Assembly: GCA_026770705.1 (NCBI GenBank) | Contig: JANJGN010000323.1 | Location: 62,001-126,000 of the forward strand | DNA: 64,000 nt | Origin: Isurus oxyrinchus | Taxonomy: Eukaryota | Reading direction: 5' to 3' | Shown here: positions 47,441-60,740 of the stretch, in pieces | Position numbering within the stretch: position 1 is the first letter of the stretch | Layout: each line of letters begins with the position of its first letter | Notes under the pieces: model-generated | Seen by the model: the letters and a program-made list of their open reading frames with translations, nothing else | Told to the model about the DNA's origin: nothing | The model's database searches: none | Translations under genes and position numbers: made by a program

Positions 47441-48352
47441 CAGAAACACACACAATCTCAACTCACACAAGCACACACACACACACATGCATAGACAGAC
47501 ACACGTGCGCACACACACACAAACACACATGAGTACGTGCACACACACAGATCCTTATTTTACAGAAACATACACACACACAAGCCAACACACACATACA
47601 CACACAAAAACATGTGGGTTCCCTCTCCTCTCCCAGTGCTGCACTGGAGTCTCAGTATCAGCTCCGAATCTGTGTTGAAGGAAGGTAAACTCCAGATCAT
47701 CAAGACACTGAACTGGATGGAGCAACCTCCTGAACAGTGAATTGTAGATTTACCCCTCAGTGCTCCATTGGTCAAATACAATTCATTGCCTTTGAAGCCC
47801 TTGGGGACATCCTGAGGATCTGAAAGGGAGTTTCCTGCATTCTAGATGGACACCTCCACTGGTGGGAGAATGTAACTGCAGTGTGACAGTTTACATAGGC
47901 AGTGCCCGTTGTAAATGTGAAATAAGTTCTTATCCTGAGGGAATGTACCTGGAAATGCATTCAGACATCAGATACAGAGACATGATGCATGGAGTCTTGC
48001 TGTGCACTATATTTGCTCATATTAAAATCTTTCTATGTTTATAGATGCACCACGGAATCTCTCAGTTACTTCTCTTGGTGTGATTAACGCTTCATCGATC
48101 GATGTAATTGAGGGGAATTCTGCAGTGATAATCTGCTCTGTCGAGAGCTTCCCAGCTTCTAACCTGACGTGGCGACATCTTAATGTCCCAATGAACAGAA
48201 CAAATTCGAACAATGAGCTGTGGTTGGTGATTCCTCACGTTACATCCAGGGACACTGGAGACTATCAGTGTGTGGCAGAGAATGAACATGGAGCAGTGGA
48301 GGGGTTCATAACCATTACTGTGGAACGTGAGTTGCTGCAAACTTCAACATCA

Positions 48353-48411
<59 letters not shown>

Positions 48412-50355
48412 ACACTACTCATAAACATACACACACATTCACTCATGCACAGAAATATACACAAAGACACACTTACATATGCGCAAACACATACACACAC
48501 GCACACACAGACGCATGCGTGCATACTCACACAAACACACTCACATGTGCAGAAACACAAACACAAACACATACACACACATGAGGTCCCTCTCCTCTCT
48601 CAGTGCCGCACTGGAGTCTTGGTATCAGCTCTGATTCTGTGTTGAAGGAAGGTAAACTCCAGATCAGCAAGACCCTGAATTGGATGAGCAACCTCCTGAA
48701 CAGAGAATTGTAGATTTACCCCTCAGTGCTCCATCGATCAAATACAATTCATTCCCGTAAATCCCTTGGCAAAATCCAGAGGATGTGAAAGTTTCTTTCA
48801 TTCTAGGTGAACAGCACCTCTACTGGTGGGAGAATGTAACTGCAGTTTGACTGTTTACATAGGCAGTGCCCATTATAAATTTGACAGTGGAAGTTATATG
48901 GAGGGAAGGTACCTGGAATTGCATACAGACATCAGATACAGAGAGATGATGCATGGAGTCTTGCTGTAAATTGTGCTTGCTCACATTAAACACTTGATTT
49001 GTTTTTAGATGCACCACAGGATCTCTCATTTACTTCACTTGAAATGATTAATGCTTCATCGATCAATATAATTGAGGGGAATTCTGCAGTGATAATCTGC
49101 TCTGTCGAGAGCTTCCCAGCTTCTAACCTGACGTGGCGGCATCTTAATGTCCCAATGAACAGAACAAGTTGCAACAATGAGCTGTGGTTGGTGATTCCTC
49201 ACGTTACATCCAGGGACACTGGAGACTATATGTGTGTGGCAGAGAATAAACATGGAGCAGTGGAGGGATTCATAACCATCACTGTGGAATGTGAGTGCAC
49301 ACAGACATCTACATCACACACACACACTCACACATGCAAAAACACTCATGTGTAGACACAAACATGCACGCTTACACACAAACATACGTTCAAACACATA
49401 CACAGAAACACACACAAACTCAACTCACACATACAATCATTCATGCGCACACGTAGACACACGTATACAGACACACTCCCTCAAGCACAGATGTACACAC
49501 GCAGACCCACATACACACGCGTGCCCACACATGCGCAGACAGACACGCGCATACACACAAATACAAACTCACTTGTGCAGAAATACACACACACACACAA
49601 GTGTGAGATCCCTCTCCTCTCTCAGTGCTGCACTGGAGTCTTGGTATCAGCTCTGATTCTGTGCTGAAGGAAGGTAAACTCCAGATCAGCAAGACCCTGA
49701 ATTGGATGAGCAACTTCCTGAACGGAGAATTGTAGATTTACTCCTCAGTGCTCCATCGATCAAATACAATTCACGGGCTTTCAATCCCTTGGGGGCATCT
49801 TGAGAGTGTTAAAGGATGTTTGTTTCATTCTAGGTGGACAGCAACTCTGTTGCTGGGAGAATGCAACTGCCGTGTGACAGTTTACATAGGAAGTGCCCAT
49901 TATAAATGTGACAGTATTTTTTCCTGCGGGAAGGTACCTGGAAATGCATTCCAACATCAGATACAGAGAGATGATGCATGGAGTCTTGCTGTGCACTGTG
50001 TTTGCTCACAGTAAAATCTTTATTTGTTTTTAGATGCTCCACAGAATCTCTCAATTACTTCTCTTGATATGATTAATGCTTCGTCGATCAATATAATTGA
50101 GGGGAATTCTGCAGTGATAATCTGCTCTGTCGAGAGCTTCCCAGCTTCTAACCTGACGTGGCGACATCTTAATGTCCCAATGAACAGAACCAGTTCCAAC
50201 AATGAGCTGTGGTTGGTGATTCCTCACGTTACATCCAGGGACACTGGAGACTATCAGTGTGTGGCAGAGAATGAACATGGAGCAGTGGAGGGGTTCATAA
50301 CCATCACTGTGGAATGTGAGTTAACACAAACTTCAACATCACTCACACGCACACA

Positions 50356-50394
<39 letters not shown>

Positions 50395-51395
50395 ATGTAG
50401 GCACACACATGCATAATTATACACACACAGTCATACACGTACAAACACATACACAGGAAAATACACACCCATCTCAAACACACACATATTCATGCCCACA
50501 CATAGACACACACATGCACATACTCTCACTCATGGACAGACGTAGACACACAGACACACGCGCATGCACACACACAGATACATGTGTGCATACACACACA
50601 AACACACTCACATGTGCAGTAACACAAACACACACATACACACGCGTGAGTTCTCAGTGCTGCACTGGAGTCTTAGTATGAGTTCCGATTCTGTGTTGAA
50701 GGAAGGTAAACTCCAGATCAACAAGACCCTGAATCGGATGAGCAACCTCCTGAACAGAGAATTGTAGACTTACCCCTCAGTGCTCCATCGATCAAATACA
50801 ATTCATTGCCTATCAAGCCCTTGGGGACATTCTGAGGATGTGAAAGCAAGCTTCTTTCATTCTAGATGGGCAACACCTCTGCTGGTGGGAGAATGCAATT
50901 GCAGTGTGACAGTTTACATAGGCAGTGTCAATTATAAATGTGCCATAAGACCTTATCCTGAGGGAAGTTACCTGGAAATGCATTCAGACATCAGACACAG
51001 AGACATGATGCATGGCGTCTTGTGCACTATGTTGCTCACGTTAAAATCTTTATATATATATATAGATGCATCATTGAATCTCTCAATTAATTCTCTTGAT
51101 ATGATTAACGCTTCATGGATCAATATAATTGAGGGGAATTCTGCAGTGATAATCTGCTCTGTCGAGAGCTTCCCAGCTTCTAACCTGACGTGGCGACATC
51201 TTAATGTCCCAATGAACAGAACAGGTTCCAACAATGAGCTGTGGTTGGTGATTCCTCACGTTACATCCAGGGATACTGGAGACTATCAGTGTGTGGCAGA
51301 GAATGAACATGGAGCAGTGGAGGGGTTCATAACCATCACTGTGGAACGTGAGTTAATGCCAACTCAACATCTCTCTCACACACGCACACACACAC

Positions 51396-51431
<36 letters not shown>

Positions 51432-53740
51432 GCACACACACACACACACACTCATGTGTAGACACATACGTGCACATTTACACACACAGTCATACACGTG
51501 CAAAAACAGACACAGAAACACACATACACTCAACTCACACGCACACACTCACACAGGCACACATATAGACATACACATGCACTCACGTTCACTCATGCAC
51601 AGACGTATACACAAAGACACACTCACATATGCGCAAACACATACACACACGCACACACAGACACATGCGTGCATACACACACAAACACACTCACATGTGC
51701 AGAAACACAAACACACACATACACACGCATGAGGTCCCTCTCCTCTCTCAGGGCTGCACTGGAGTCTTGGTATCAGCTCCGATTCTGTGTTGAAGGAAGG
51801 TAAACTCCAGATCAACAAGATCCTGAATTGGATGGAGCAACCTCCTGAACAGAGAATTGTAGACTTACCCCTCAGAGCTCCATCGATCAAATACAATTCA
51901 TTGCCTATCAAGCCCTTGGCAAAATCCTGAGGATGTGCAAGGAAGTTTCTTTCATTCTAGGTGAACAGCGCCTCTACTGGTGGGAGAATGTAACTGTAGT
52001 TTGACTGTTTACATAGGCAGTGCCCATTATAAATTTGACAGTGGAAGTTATATGGAGGGAAGGTATCTGGAAATGCATACAGACATCAGATACAGAGAGA
52101 TGATGCATGGAGTCTTGCTGTGCATGCTGCTTGCTCACATTAAAAACTTTATTTGTTTTTAGATGCTCCACAGAATCTCTCAATTAATTCTCTTGATATG
52201 ATTAACGCTTCATCGATCAATATAATTGAGGGGAATTCTGCAGTGATAATCTGCTCTGTCGAGAGCTTCCCAGCTTCTAACCTGACGTGGCGACATCTTA
52301 ATGTCCCAATGAACAGAACAAGTTCCAACAATGAGCTGTGGTTGGTGATTCCTCACGTTACATCCAGGGACACTGGAGACTATCAGTGTGTGGCAGAGAA
52401 TGAACATGGAGCAGTGGAGGGGTTCATAACCATCACTGTGGAACGTGAGTTAACATAAGCTTCAACATTACTCTCACATATACACAGACACACTCATACA
52501 CACACACTCACACAAACACACACACACACACACGTGCACACAAACAAGCATTCATGTGCAATCCCACATGTCCACAGGTGTGTACGCCTGCATGCTCACA
52601 CACAGAAGGAAACATACACAGAATCACACGTGTGCTTGCTCACACACACACACACAGACATGTGTGAGTTGTCTGTTCTCCCTGTGCTGCACTGGAGCGT
52701 TGCTCCAGATTCTGCTCTGAAACACTGACGACATCAGCTGAACAAGACCCTGTATTGGACGAGCAGCCCCCTGCACAGAGAATTGTAGGTTTATCACCCC
52801 ATTATTCTAAAGCAATTCCTCCACTGTCAAATCTCCATAAACATCCTGATGATTTGAAAGACATTTTCTTTTCTTCTAGCCCGACAGTGTCTCCTCTGGT
52901 GGAAGGCTGTAATTACAGCGTGAAAGTTTACATATCCACATGCAGCAAGAGCTGAACAACACTCAGCTTGGGCTGAGACAATTAATGCATCACAAGTACC
53001 AGGCAGTGATCATGTCCAACAAGAGAGAATCTAACCATCTCCCCTTGATGTTCAGTGAGTTTACTATCACTGAATCCCCCACAATCAACATCCTGGGGGG
53101 TGTTAACCAAACAACTAACTGGACCGGCCATAAATACTGTGGCTACAGGAGCCGGTCAGAGGCTGGGAATCCTCTGGAGGTGAAAAACTCACCACCACCT
53201 CCTCAAGGGCAATTAGGGATGGGTAATAAATGCTGGTCTAGATAGATACAGCCACTTCCCATGAATGTACAAAAAGAAAAACGCCGGCAGTGACCATTAT
53301 AAAAGTTGACATAGAAACTTAAAACAGGACAGAAACCTTGAAATGCACATAGACACCAAATAGAGAGAGATGATACCTGGAGTCTTGCTGTGCACTGTGT
53401 TTGCTCACAATGAAACCTTTATTTGTATTTAGATGCACCACGGAACCCATCAATTACTTCTCTTGATATGATTAACGCTTCATCGATCAATATAATTGAG
53501 GGGAATTCTGCAGTGATAATCTGCTCTGTCGAGAGCTTCCCAGCTTCTAACCTGACGTGGCGACATCTTAATGTCCCAATGAACAGAACAAGTTCCAACA
53601 ATGAGCTGTGGTTGGTGATTCCTCACGTTACATCCAGGGACACTGGAGACTATCAGTGTGTGGCAGAGAATGAACATGGAGCAGTGGAGGGGTTCATAAC
53701 CATCACTGTGGAACGTGAGTTACTGCAAACTTCAACATCA

Positions 53741-53786
<46 letters not shown>

Positions 53787-56700
53787 TAGGCACACACATG
53801 CACACTTATACACACACAGTCATACACGTGCAAACACATACAGAGGAATATATATACACAACTCACACACACACACAATTTCATGCCCACACATAGACAC
53901 ACACATGCACATTCACTCACTCTTGGACAGACATTGACACACAGACATGCGTGCATGCGCACACACAGATACATGTGTGCAGACACACACAAGCACACTC
54001 ACTTGTGCAGAAACACAAACACTCACACACTCACACACATACACAAATGTGATTTCCCTGTCCTCTCTCAGTGCTGCACTGGAGTCTCAGTATCAGCTCT
54101 GATTCTGTGTTGAAGGAAGGTAAATTCCAGATCAACAAGTCCCTGAATTGGATGAGCAACCTCCTGAACAGAGAATGGTAGATTTACCCCTCAGTGCTCC
54201 ATCAATCAAACATTGCCTGTCAAGCCATTGGCGAAATCCTGAGGATGTGAAAGAAAGCTTCTTTCAATCTAGATGGACAACACCTCTACTGGTGGGAGAA
54301 TGCAATTGCAGTGTGACAGTTTACATAGGCAGTGTCCATTAAAAATGTGGCATAAGATGTTATCTTGAGGGAAGTTACCTGAAAATGCATTCAGACTTCA
54401 GATACAGAGACATGATGCATGGAGTCTTGCTGTGCACTATGTTTGCTCACGTTAAAATCTTTATATGTTTTTAGATGCACCACGGAATCTCTCAATCAAT
54501 TCTCTTGATATGATTAACGCTTCATGGATCAATATAATTGAGGGGAAATCTGCAGTGATAATCTGCTCTGTCGAGAGCTTCCCAGCTTCTAACCTGACGT
54601 GGCGACATCTTAATGTCCCAATGAACAGAACAAGTTCCAACAATGAGCTGTGGTTGGTGATTCCTCATGTTACATCCAGGGACACTGGAGACTATCAGTG
54701 TGTGGCAGAGAATGAACATGGAGCAGTGGAGGGGTCCATAACCATCACTATGGAACGTGAGTTNNNNNNNNNNNNNNNNNNNNNNNNNNNNNNNNNNNNN
54801 NNNNNNNNNNNNNNNNNNNNNNNNNNNNNNNNNNNNNNNNNNNNNNNNNNNNNNNNNNNNNNNNNNNNNNNNNNNNNNNNNNNNNNNNNNNNNNNNNNNN
54901 NNNNNNNNNNNNNNNNNNNNNNNNNNNNNNNNNNNNNNNNNNNNNNNNNNNNNNNNNNNNNNNNNNNNNAACATGCGTTCATATTTAATCCCATGTCTGC
55001 ACAGGTGTGCACGCCTGTATGCTCACACACAGAAGCATACATACAGAATCACACGTGTGCTTGCTCACACACACACAGACATGTGTGAGTTGTCTGTTCT
55101 CCCTGTGCTGCACTGGAGTGTTGCTCCAGATTCTGCTCTGAAACACTGACGACATCAGCTGAACAAGACCCTGTATTGGACGAGCAGCCCCCTGCACAGA
55201 GAATTGTAGGTTTATCACTCAATACCTCATTATTCTAAAGCAATTCCTCCACTGTCAAATCCCTGTGAACATCCTGACAATGTGAAAGACATTTTCTTTT
55301 CTTCTAGCCTGACAGTGTCTCCTCTGGTGGAAGGCTGTAATTACAGCGTGACAGTTTACATATACACACGCAGCAAGAGCTGAATAACACTCAGCTTGGG
55401 CTGAGAAATGACAATTAATGTTCATGCCGCACAAGTACCAGGGAGAGCTGTTCCTTGTATTGACCCTTGGGATTGTTTATCTCAACCTGATATGCAGAGG
55501 GGGCCCAGGTTGTGACTATCAGAGTGTGGCAGAGAATGAACATGGAGCAGTGGAGGGGTTCATAACCATCACTGTGGAATGTGAGTGTGGAGATACATTT
55601 GTTTGTTTGTTGTCTCCGTGGTCTCCGTGGAGCCATTGGGATCGTGTTGTTTTTAATCCAGTTTTCTTCAATCCTCGCTCAGTCCACGTTATCCACACAT
55701 CCAATTTTTCCTCTCCCTTTCTGTTTTTGCTCTCAGTTTCTCCTTCAATGGTTGTGAGGACAAGGCTGTCAGGTCTTCGTTTCCAATCTCCATACTTGAC
55801 GACCTTTCTCTCTCTAACTGTCCTGAACAACCCTTTTAATTGCTGAACTTCTCATTCTTTAATTGATAAATATTATATATAAATGTTACATGGATTACTT
55901 TGAAATGCAACACCTGTATTCATAAATTGCTTAGAAATGACTAAACATTCAACAGCCAATGAAGCATTATCGAAGTAAGCTCACTGTTGTAAAGGAGGAA
56001 ACACAGGTACTGATTTGTACACAGCAAGATCCCACAAACCACCGTGTCTTAATGACCTGATCGGCGATTATTTCAATGAGGTTGGTTGTTACATGTGTAG
56101 AGACTACATACCCTTTAGGGAGGGAAGCATGTCTCGATGTGGATGTGACTCCAGTCTCAGACACCAACATGGTTAACTCACACCTGCCCTCTGAACTGGT
56201 CTCCCAGTTTGGGACAAACCAGTGGTTCAGGAGGAAGACCTCCCACCACCTTCTCAAGGGAAACTAGGGATGGACAATAAATGTCAGCATTGCCCGAGAA
56301 TGAGTATTTAAACACTGAGTGAGTGTATCGCTTCTCGAGATACATCGGAGCATCATTGTAAATCTGTAGTGCAGTAATTAATGGCTGTTTTTACAGGTAG
56401 AGACTCCAGTAAAGGGACAGTAGGATTGTTCACGGCTGGGATCATGTTGAGTGTTTTCCTGGCTGGAATCTTCATCTTCATCTGTGTGAGAAAGTAAGTC
56501 TGAAGATTTAACTTGATTTTAATATAAACATTTGCTTCAATGTTCTTTCCTGAAGTCGGTGATTGTTTCCCTTGTGTTAAGCGCCAGATGCCTCTCCGTA
56601 ACTGGTCTCTTTATCCGTTATGATCCAGACAGTGTTTTTCATTGCCCGTTATCCAGATGAATAATAATCAGTTGCTGTGATCTGGAAGGTGCTGCCTGAA

Positions 56701-58475
56701 AGGGCAGTGGAAGCAGATTCAATAGGAACTTTCAAAAGGGAAATTGGATAAATACTTGAAGGGGGAACATTTGAAGGGCTATGGGGGGAAGAGCAGGGGT
56801 GGAGGGGGGGTCAAAGATATGGCGTGTTATTATAATGATATTATACCTTAGGCTTATTTACTGTATAAGACAGAAAACACCAAACACTCATAGGGGATTT
56901 GGTGAGAATGTTAATGATTTGTTTATCAGGACTCAGCAGGAGAACAGTTATACATACGGAGAAAGCTTGAAGGCATCAGAGCTGTGAGTGTGTGCTCTGC
57001 TCAAAGCAAAAGTCAAACTGAGATTGGATCACATGACACACTTCCATTATAGTGATGTCACGCTGATACCCCTTATTGGAACAAGAGACAGTCCAGTCAT
57101 TGGTGTAAGTTACAGTGTGCTCTGTGTCTGTGCTGCACTGACTCTTTGCTATATGATAACCACAGTGTGATATTGTGTTATTGCAGGAGAAAGACAGCGA
57201 TGGAGGAGAGAGTTTCAGGGACCAATTACATTGCATTGACCCTCAGGTCACTCTCTGTGAAGCACCAGGTACAGGAGCTGTTTACACTAACTCCAAAGCT
57301 TCAACCTCAGTGTGTAGACAACACGTATACCAGATTCTCAGCCGGGTTACACACAGATATCGCCCTGTGAAGTGAGCAATGGCTCAGTGGTCAGCACTGT
57401 CTCTCGCTCCCTGCCTCTGTCTCCCTCCATCACTCGCTCTTTGACCAGAAACCTGAACACAATAATGACAAGGCACCTGATGTCAGTAGTGAGGGAGTGC
57501 TGCACTGTCAGAGGGTCAGTAGTGAGGGAGTGCTGCACTGTCGGAGTGTCAGTACTGAGGGAGTGCTGCACTGTCGGAGGGTCAGTACTGAGGGTGTGTT
57601 GCACTGTCAGAGGATCAGTACTGAGGGAGTGCTGCACTGTCAGAGGGTCAGTACTGAGGGAGTGCTACACTGTCAGAGGGTCAGTATTGAGGGAGTGCTG
57701 CACCGTCAGAGGATCAGTACTGAGGGAGTGCTGCACTGTCAGAGGGTCAGTATTGAGGGAGTGCTGCACTGTCAGAGGGTCAGTATTGAGGGAGTGCTGC
57801 ACTGTCAGAATGTCAGTACTGAGGGAATGCTGCACTGTCAGAGGGTCAGCATTGAGGGAGTGCTGCACTGTCAGAGGGTCAGTACTGAGGGAGTGCTTCA
57901 CTGACAGAGGGTCAGTACTGAGGGAGTGCTGCACTGTCAGAGGGTCAGCACTGAGGGAGTGCTGCATTGTCAGAGGGTCAGTACTGAGGGAGTGCTGCAC
58001 TGTCTGATGGTCAGTATTGAGGGAGTGCTGCACTGTTGGAGTGTGATAGAGATTAAATTATAAAGAGAGAGAGAAAGCGAGAGAGAAAGAGAGACAGAGA
58101 AAGAGAGTGAAAAAAAGGCTTAAACCCACTGAGACACGACTGACACTAATGAGGCTGCACAATAATTTAACCCTATCAGTGCCAGTAAATGATGTGAGGA
58201 TGTCTTCTGTTTCCATTTCTCTGTAGGATGAACAGAACTTGCTGATTACTGAGCCCCGGGAAACAACCAGAGACACAACTAGTGAGGGGGAGACCCCAGC
58301 TCCCCGGGATCTCTCTGAAGGTCCAGTGGGAGGCGATGTTGGACATGGGAACCCCGACAATACCGCCGACCTTCTCTACGCCAACATCAACTTTTCAAAG
58401 CTGCCCGGCGGTGACAGGACTGTGCACAGGAGCGAGGACACGGAATACGCACAGATCAGGTTCCAGAAAAACTGA
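42013..58475 (+). CDS. Siglec gene C (multi-exon model): signal, V, C2, at least 7 repeated C2, TM, two cytoplasmic exons with ITIM and ITSM; 1034 aa with 7 repeats
   Basis: Exons 42013-42052, 45536-45901, 46760-47056, seven 282-nt phase-1 exons, 56397-56493, 57187-57268 and 58227-58475 are open and phase-compatible. The gap at 54764-54969 may hide more repeats. Confidence 0.85.
43235..43350. repeat. About 28-bp tandem repeat TAGACAATGAGGATCCAAAGAGATTC, 4 copies
   Basis: Visible directly. Confidence 0.8.
45536..45901 (+). CDS. Gene C V-set exon (VGL-type; [13 protein letters not shown])
   Basis: 366 nt, open; all three Siglec V cysteines and the essential Arg are present. Confidence 0.9.
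46376..46410 (+). ncRNA. Putative minimal hammerhead ribozyme motif in a Penelope terminal repeat
   Basis: CTGATGA-A-GAGTC-ATACG-GACTC-GAAA-CGTT: conserved core boxes, 5-bp stem II and palindromic AACGTT; variants at 12665, 14700 and 28191 (+), and near 22910 and 24060 (-). Confidence 0.5.
46760..47056 (+). CDS. Gene C Ig domain-2 exon
   Basis: 297 nt. Confidence 0.88.
47276..47368 (+). other. Internally deleted (93 nt, in-frame) copy of the repeated C2 exon
   Basis: Both splice sites are intact; 189 nt were removed between two GAGGGG hexamers. Confidence 0.75.
48045..48326 (+). CDS. Gene C repeated C2 exon R1
   Basis: 282 nt, phase 1-1; [14 protein letters not shown]...GDYQCVAEN. Confidence 0.85.
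49009..49290 (+). CDS. Gene C repeated C2 exon R2 (extra Cys in NRTSC)
   Basis: 282 nt. Confidence 0.85.
50034..50315 (+). CDS. Gene C repeated C2 exon R3
   Basis: 282 nt. Confidence 0.85.
51066..51347 (+). CDS. Gene C repeated C2 exon R4 (acceptor is (TA)nG, possibly weak)
   Basis: 282 nt. Confidence 0.8.
52163..52444 (+). CDS. Gene C repeated C2 exon R5
   Basis: 282 nt. Confidence 0.85.
53433..53714 (+). CDS. Gene C repeated C2 exon R6
   Basis: 282 nt. Confidence 0.85.
54475..54756 (+). CDS. Gene C repeated C2 exon R7
   Basis: 282 nt, followed by an N gap. Confidence 0.85.
55509..55580 (+). pseudogene. 3' remnant of the repeated C2 exon (Cys to Ser)
   Basis: Same remnant and flanks as in A and B. 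Confidence 0.7.
56397..56493 (+). CDS. Gene C transmembrane exon
   Basis: 97 nt; [32 protein letters not shown]. Confidence 0.85.
57187..57268 (+). CDS. Gene C cytoplasmic exon 1 (contains TNYIAL)
   Basis: 82 nt. Confidence 0.8.
57480..58040. repeat. 33-bp minisatellite in the last intron of C
   Basis: About 17 units, versus 2-3 at the homologous sites in A (about 4800-4880) and B (about 37180-37260). Confidence 0.9.
58227..58475 (+). CDS. Gene C terminal cytoplasmic exon with ITIM LLYANI and ITSM-like TEYAQI
   Basis: 249 nt to the TGA. Confidence 0.87.
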   Translation, partial: DEQNLLITEPRETTRDTTSEGETPAPRDLSEGPVGGDVGHGNPDNTADLLYANINFSKLPGGDRTVHRSEDTEYAQIRFQKN

Positions 58476-58679
58476 GTGTGAAACAGGGAGCGGGGCTGTG
58501 GGGTGTGTGCAGCCAACATGGCCAAATAGTAATGAACACAAATATGATGTTGCTGAACTTATTTTTTATCAATTCTGACTGAACTGTCTGAATGCTGCAC
58601 CTTTTTCCATGCTGTAAAAGATTGTGAGAAGCTTATGAATTATGTATAATTTAACATCTGTTAATACAAGGTGAGGTGA

Positions 58680-60740
58680 GAGTGACTGTCTTTGACATCA
58701 AGGCTGCATTTGACCGAGTGTGGCATCTAGGATCCCGAGCATAACTGCAATCAATGGGAATCAGGGGTGGTACAAAAGCATAATAATTTGCTTAATATTT
58801 TCCTGGTTTGTTGTAAACTAGGTTTATGGGTGTGAGTGTAGATGAGTCTGTCTGTGTGGCTTAATTACATCTGGAGTCAGGCAGACTGCAAGCTTGAGAT
58901 TATCAAAAGAAGCTAGATGTAGAAATGTACTTGAAATGCTAATGAGAACACAGGGAGGCTGTGTTAACTTGTAAGGTGTGAAGGGGTTGTTTAGATTTCA
59001 AAGGGATGTTGGTCTGTTTGGGACAAGCCCAATAAGCAAAGCTAAGGAGTTTTTTTTTTAATTTTACCCAAACTTCATTGACAATATTGGCAACATGAAA
59101 GTTTATATTATGGGAAATGTACAGTTCCAAAGAATTTACACATCAAAGAGTGAGAAACATTTATAAAGGAGAATGAAAGGCTATGTTGGGGGCCATGTAA
59201 GATCTAACAGGAGTGTGTGAAACAGGCTTGAAGAAGCCTCCAGGCATTTGTGCATAAGTCTGTTATGTTCAGTAAATAAAGTTGGAGAAATCCATTTAGA
59301 ATTCCAGTGTCAAGTGTGTGCTGTGTTAACTCGCTGGGTTTGTTTTTAATCTAAAATCTTATTTTGGACTGTTGCCTTAAACGGGCTCTGTAACTGGGAG
59401 TCAGGTTAATTAGGAATTTGAGAATTTATTTTAGCTGTAACTAACCGTGGTATTATGTCTGTGCTTGAAATCTTTTATTTTGTTAATAAATATCTTAATC
59501 CAATTTTTAAAATCTCTAAAGGTTGTGGTCAACTCATTGCTCCTGAATTCAGTGCACGCTTCTTGTAATAAATACAAATTGCAAAACTATTGTGATAGCA
59601 TGACCAATTTTCCCTTGTGGATTTGGAGCACCAAGCACACATCATCTGCCATGTCATATCACAGGGAAAACTCTCCACTCGTTGGATTCATACCAAGTAC
59701 AAAGGAAGGTGGTTGTGGTTGTTGGAGGTCAGTCATCTCAGTTCCAGGACATCACCGCAGGAGTTGCTCAGTGTAGTGTCCTAGGCCCAACCATCTTCAG
59801 CTGCTTCATCAATGACATTCATTCTATCAGATGGTCAGAATTATGGATGGTCGCTGATGATTGCACAACGTTCAACATCATTCATGACTCATCAGATGCT
59901 GAAGCAGTCCATGTCCAAATGCAGCAAGACCTGGACAATATCCAGGCTTGGCCTGACAAGTGGCAAGTAACATTCATGCCACACAAGTGCCAGGCAATGA
60001 CCATCTCCAACCAGAGAGATTATATCCATCTCCCCTTAATGTCCAATAGCATCACCATTGCTGAATCCCCCACTATCAACACTCTGGGGGTTACCAATGA
60101 CTAGAAACTGAACTGTACTAGCCATATAAACACTGTGACTACAAGAGCAGGCCAGAGCCTGGGAATCCTGTGGTGAGTAACTCACCTCCTGACTCCCCAA
60201 AGCCTGTCCACCAACCTCAAGGCACAGGTCAGAAGTGATGGAATACTCTCCACTTTCCTAGATGAGTGCAGCTCCAACAACACTCAAGAAGCTCGACACC
60301 ATCCAGGACAAAGCAGCCCCGCTTGATTTGCGCCCCGTCCACAAACATTCTCTCCCTCTACAACTGACGCACAGTGGCAGCAGTGTGTGTACCATCTACA
60401 AGATGCAACGCAGGGAGTCACCAAGCCTCCTTAGACAGCACCTTCCAAACACATGATCACTACCATCTCGAAGGACAAGGGCAGCAGACACATGGGAACA
60501 CCACCACCTGGAAGTTCCCCTCCAAGTCACTCACCATCCTGACTTGGAAATATATCACCGTTCCTTCACTGTCGCTGGGTCAGAATCCTGCAACTCCCTC
60601 CCAAACAGTTCTGTGGGTGTACATACACCACAGGGACTGCAGCAGCTCAAGAAGGCAGCTCACCCCCATATTCTCAAGGACAATTAGGGATGGGCAATAA
60701 ATTCTGGCCTAGCCAGTGTCAGTGAATGAATACAAAAAAG
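58680..60740 (+). mobile_element. Degenerate LINE RT fragment (HER1-like) interrupted by an LTR-like element at about 58770-59660
   Basis: VVVGGQSSQFQDITAGVAQCSVLGPTIFSCFIND...ADD RT motifs; GAATGAATA-A-rich tail. Confidence 0.75.

Larger units (their letters stand above)
47396..55085. repeat. (CA)n-rich intronic tracts following each repeated C2 exon (about 1 kb repeat unit)
   Basis: Visible directly after every 282-nt exon. Confidence 0.85.

Noticed and set aside
47396-54110. His/Thr-rich and Cys/Val-rich ORFs
   Set aside because: Translations of (CA)n/(TG)n tracts.
42013-58475. Assigning MAG, CD22, SIGLEC1 or CD33 gene symbols
   Set aside because: Motifs are family-level. Domain counts arise from recent local duplications, so orthology cannot be called without a phylogeny.
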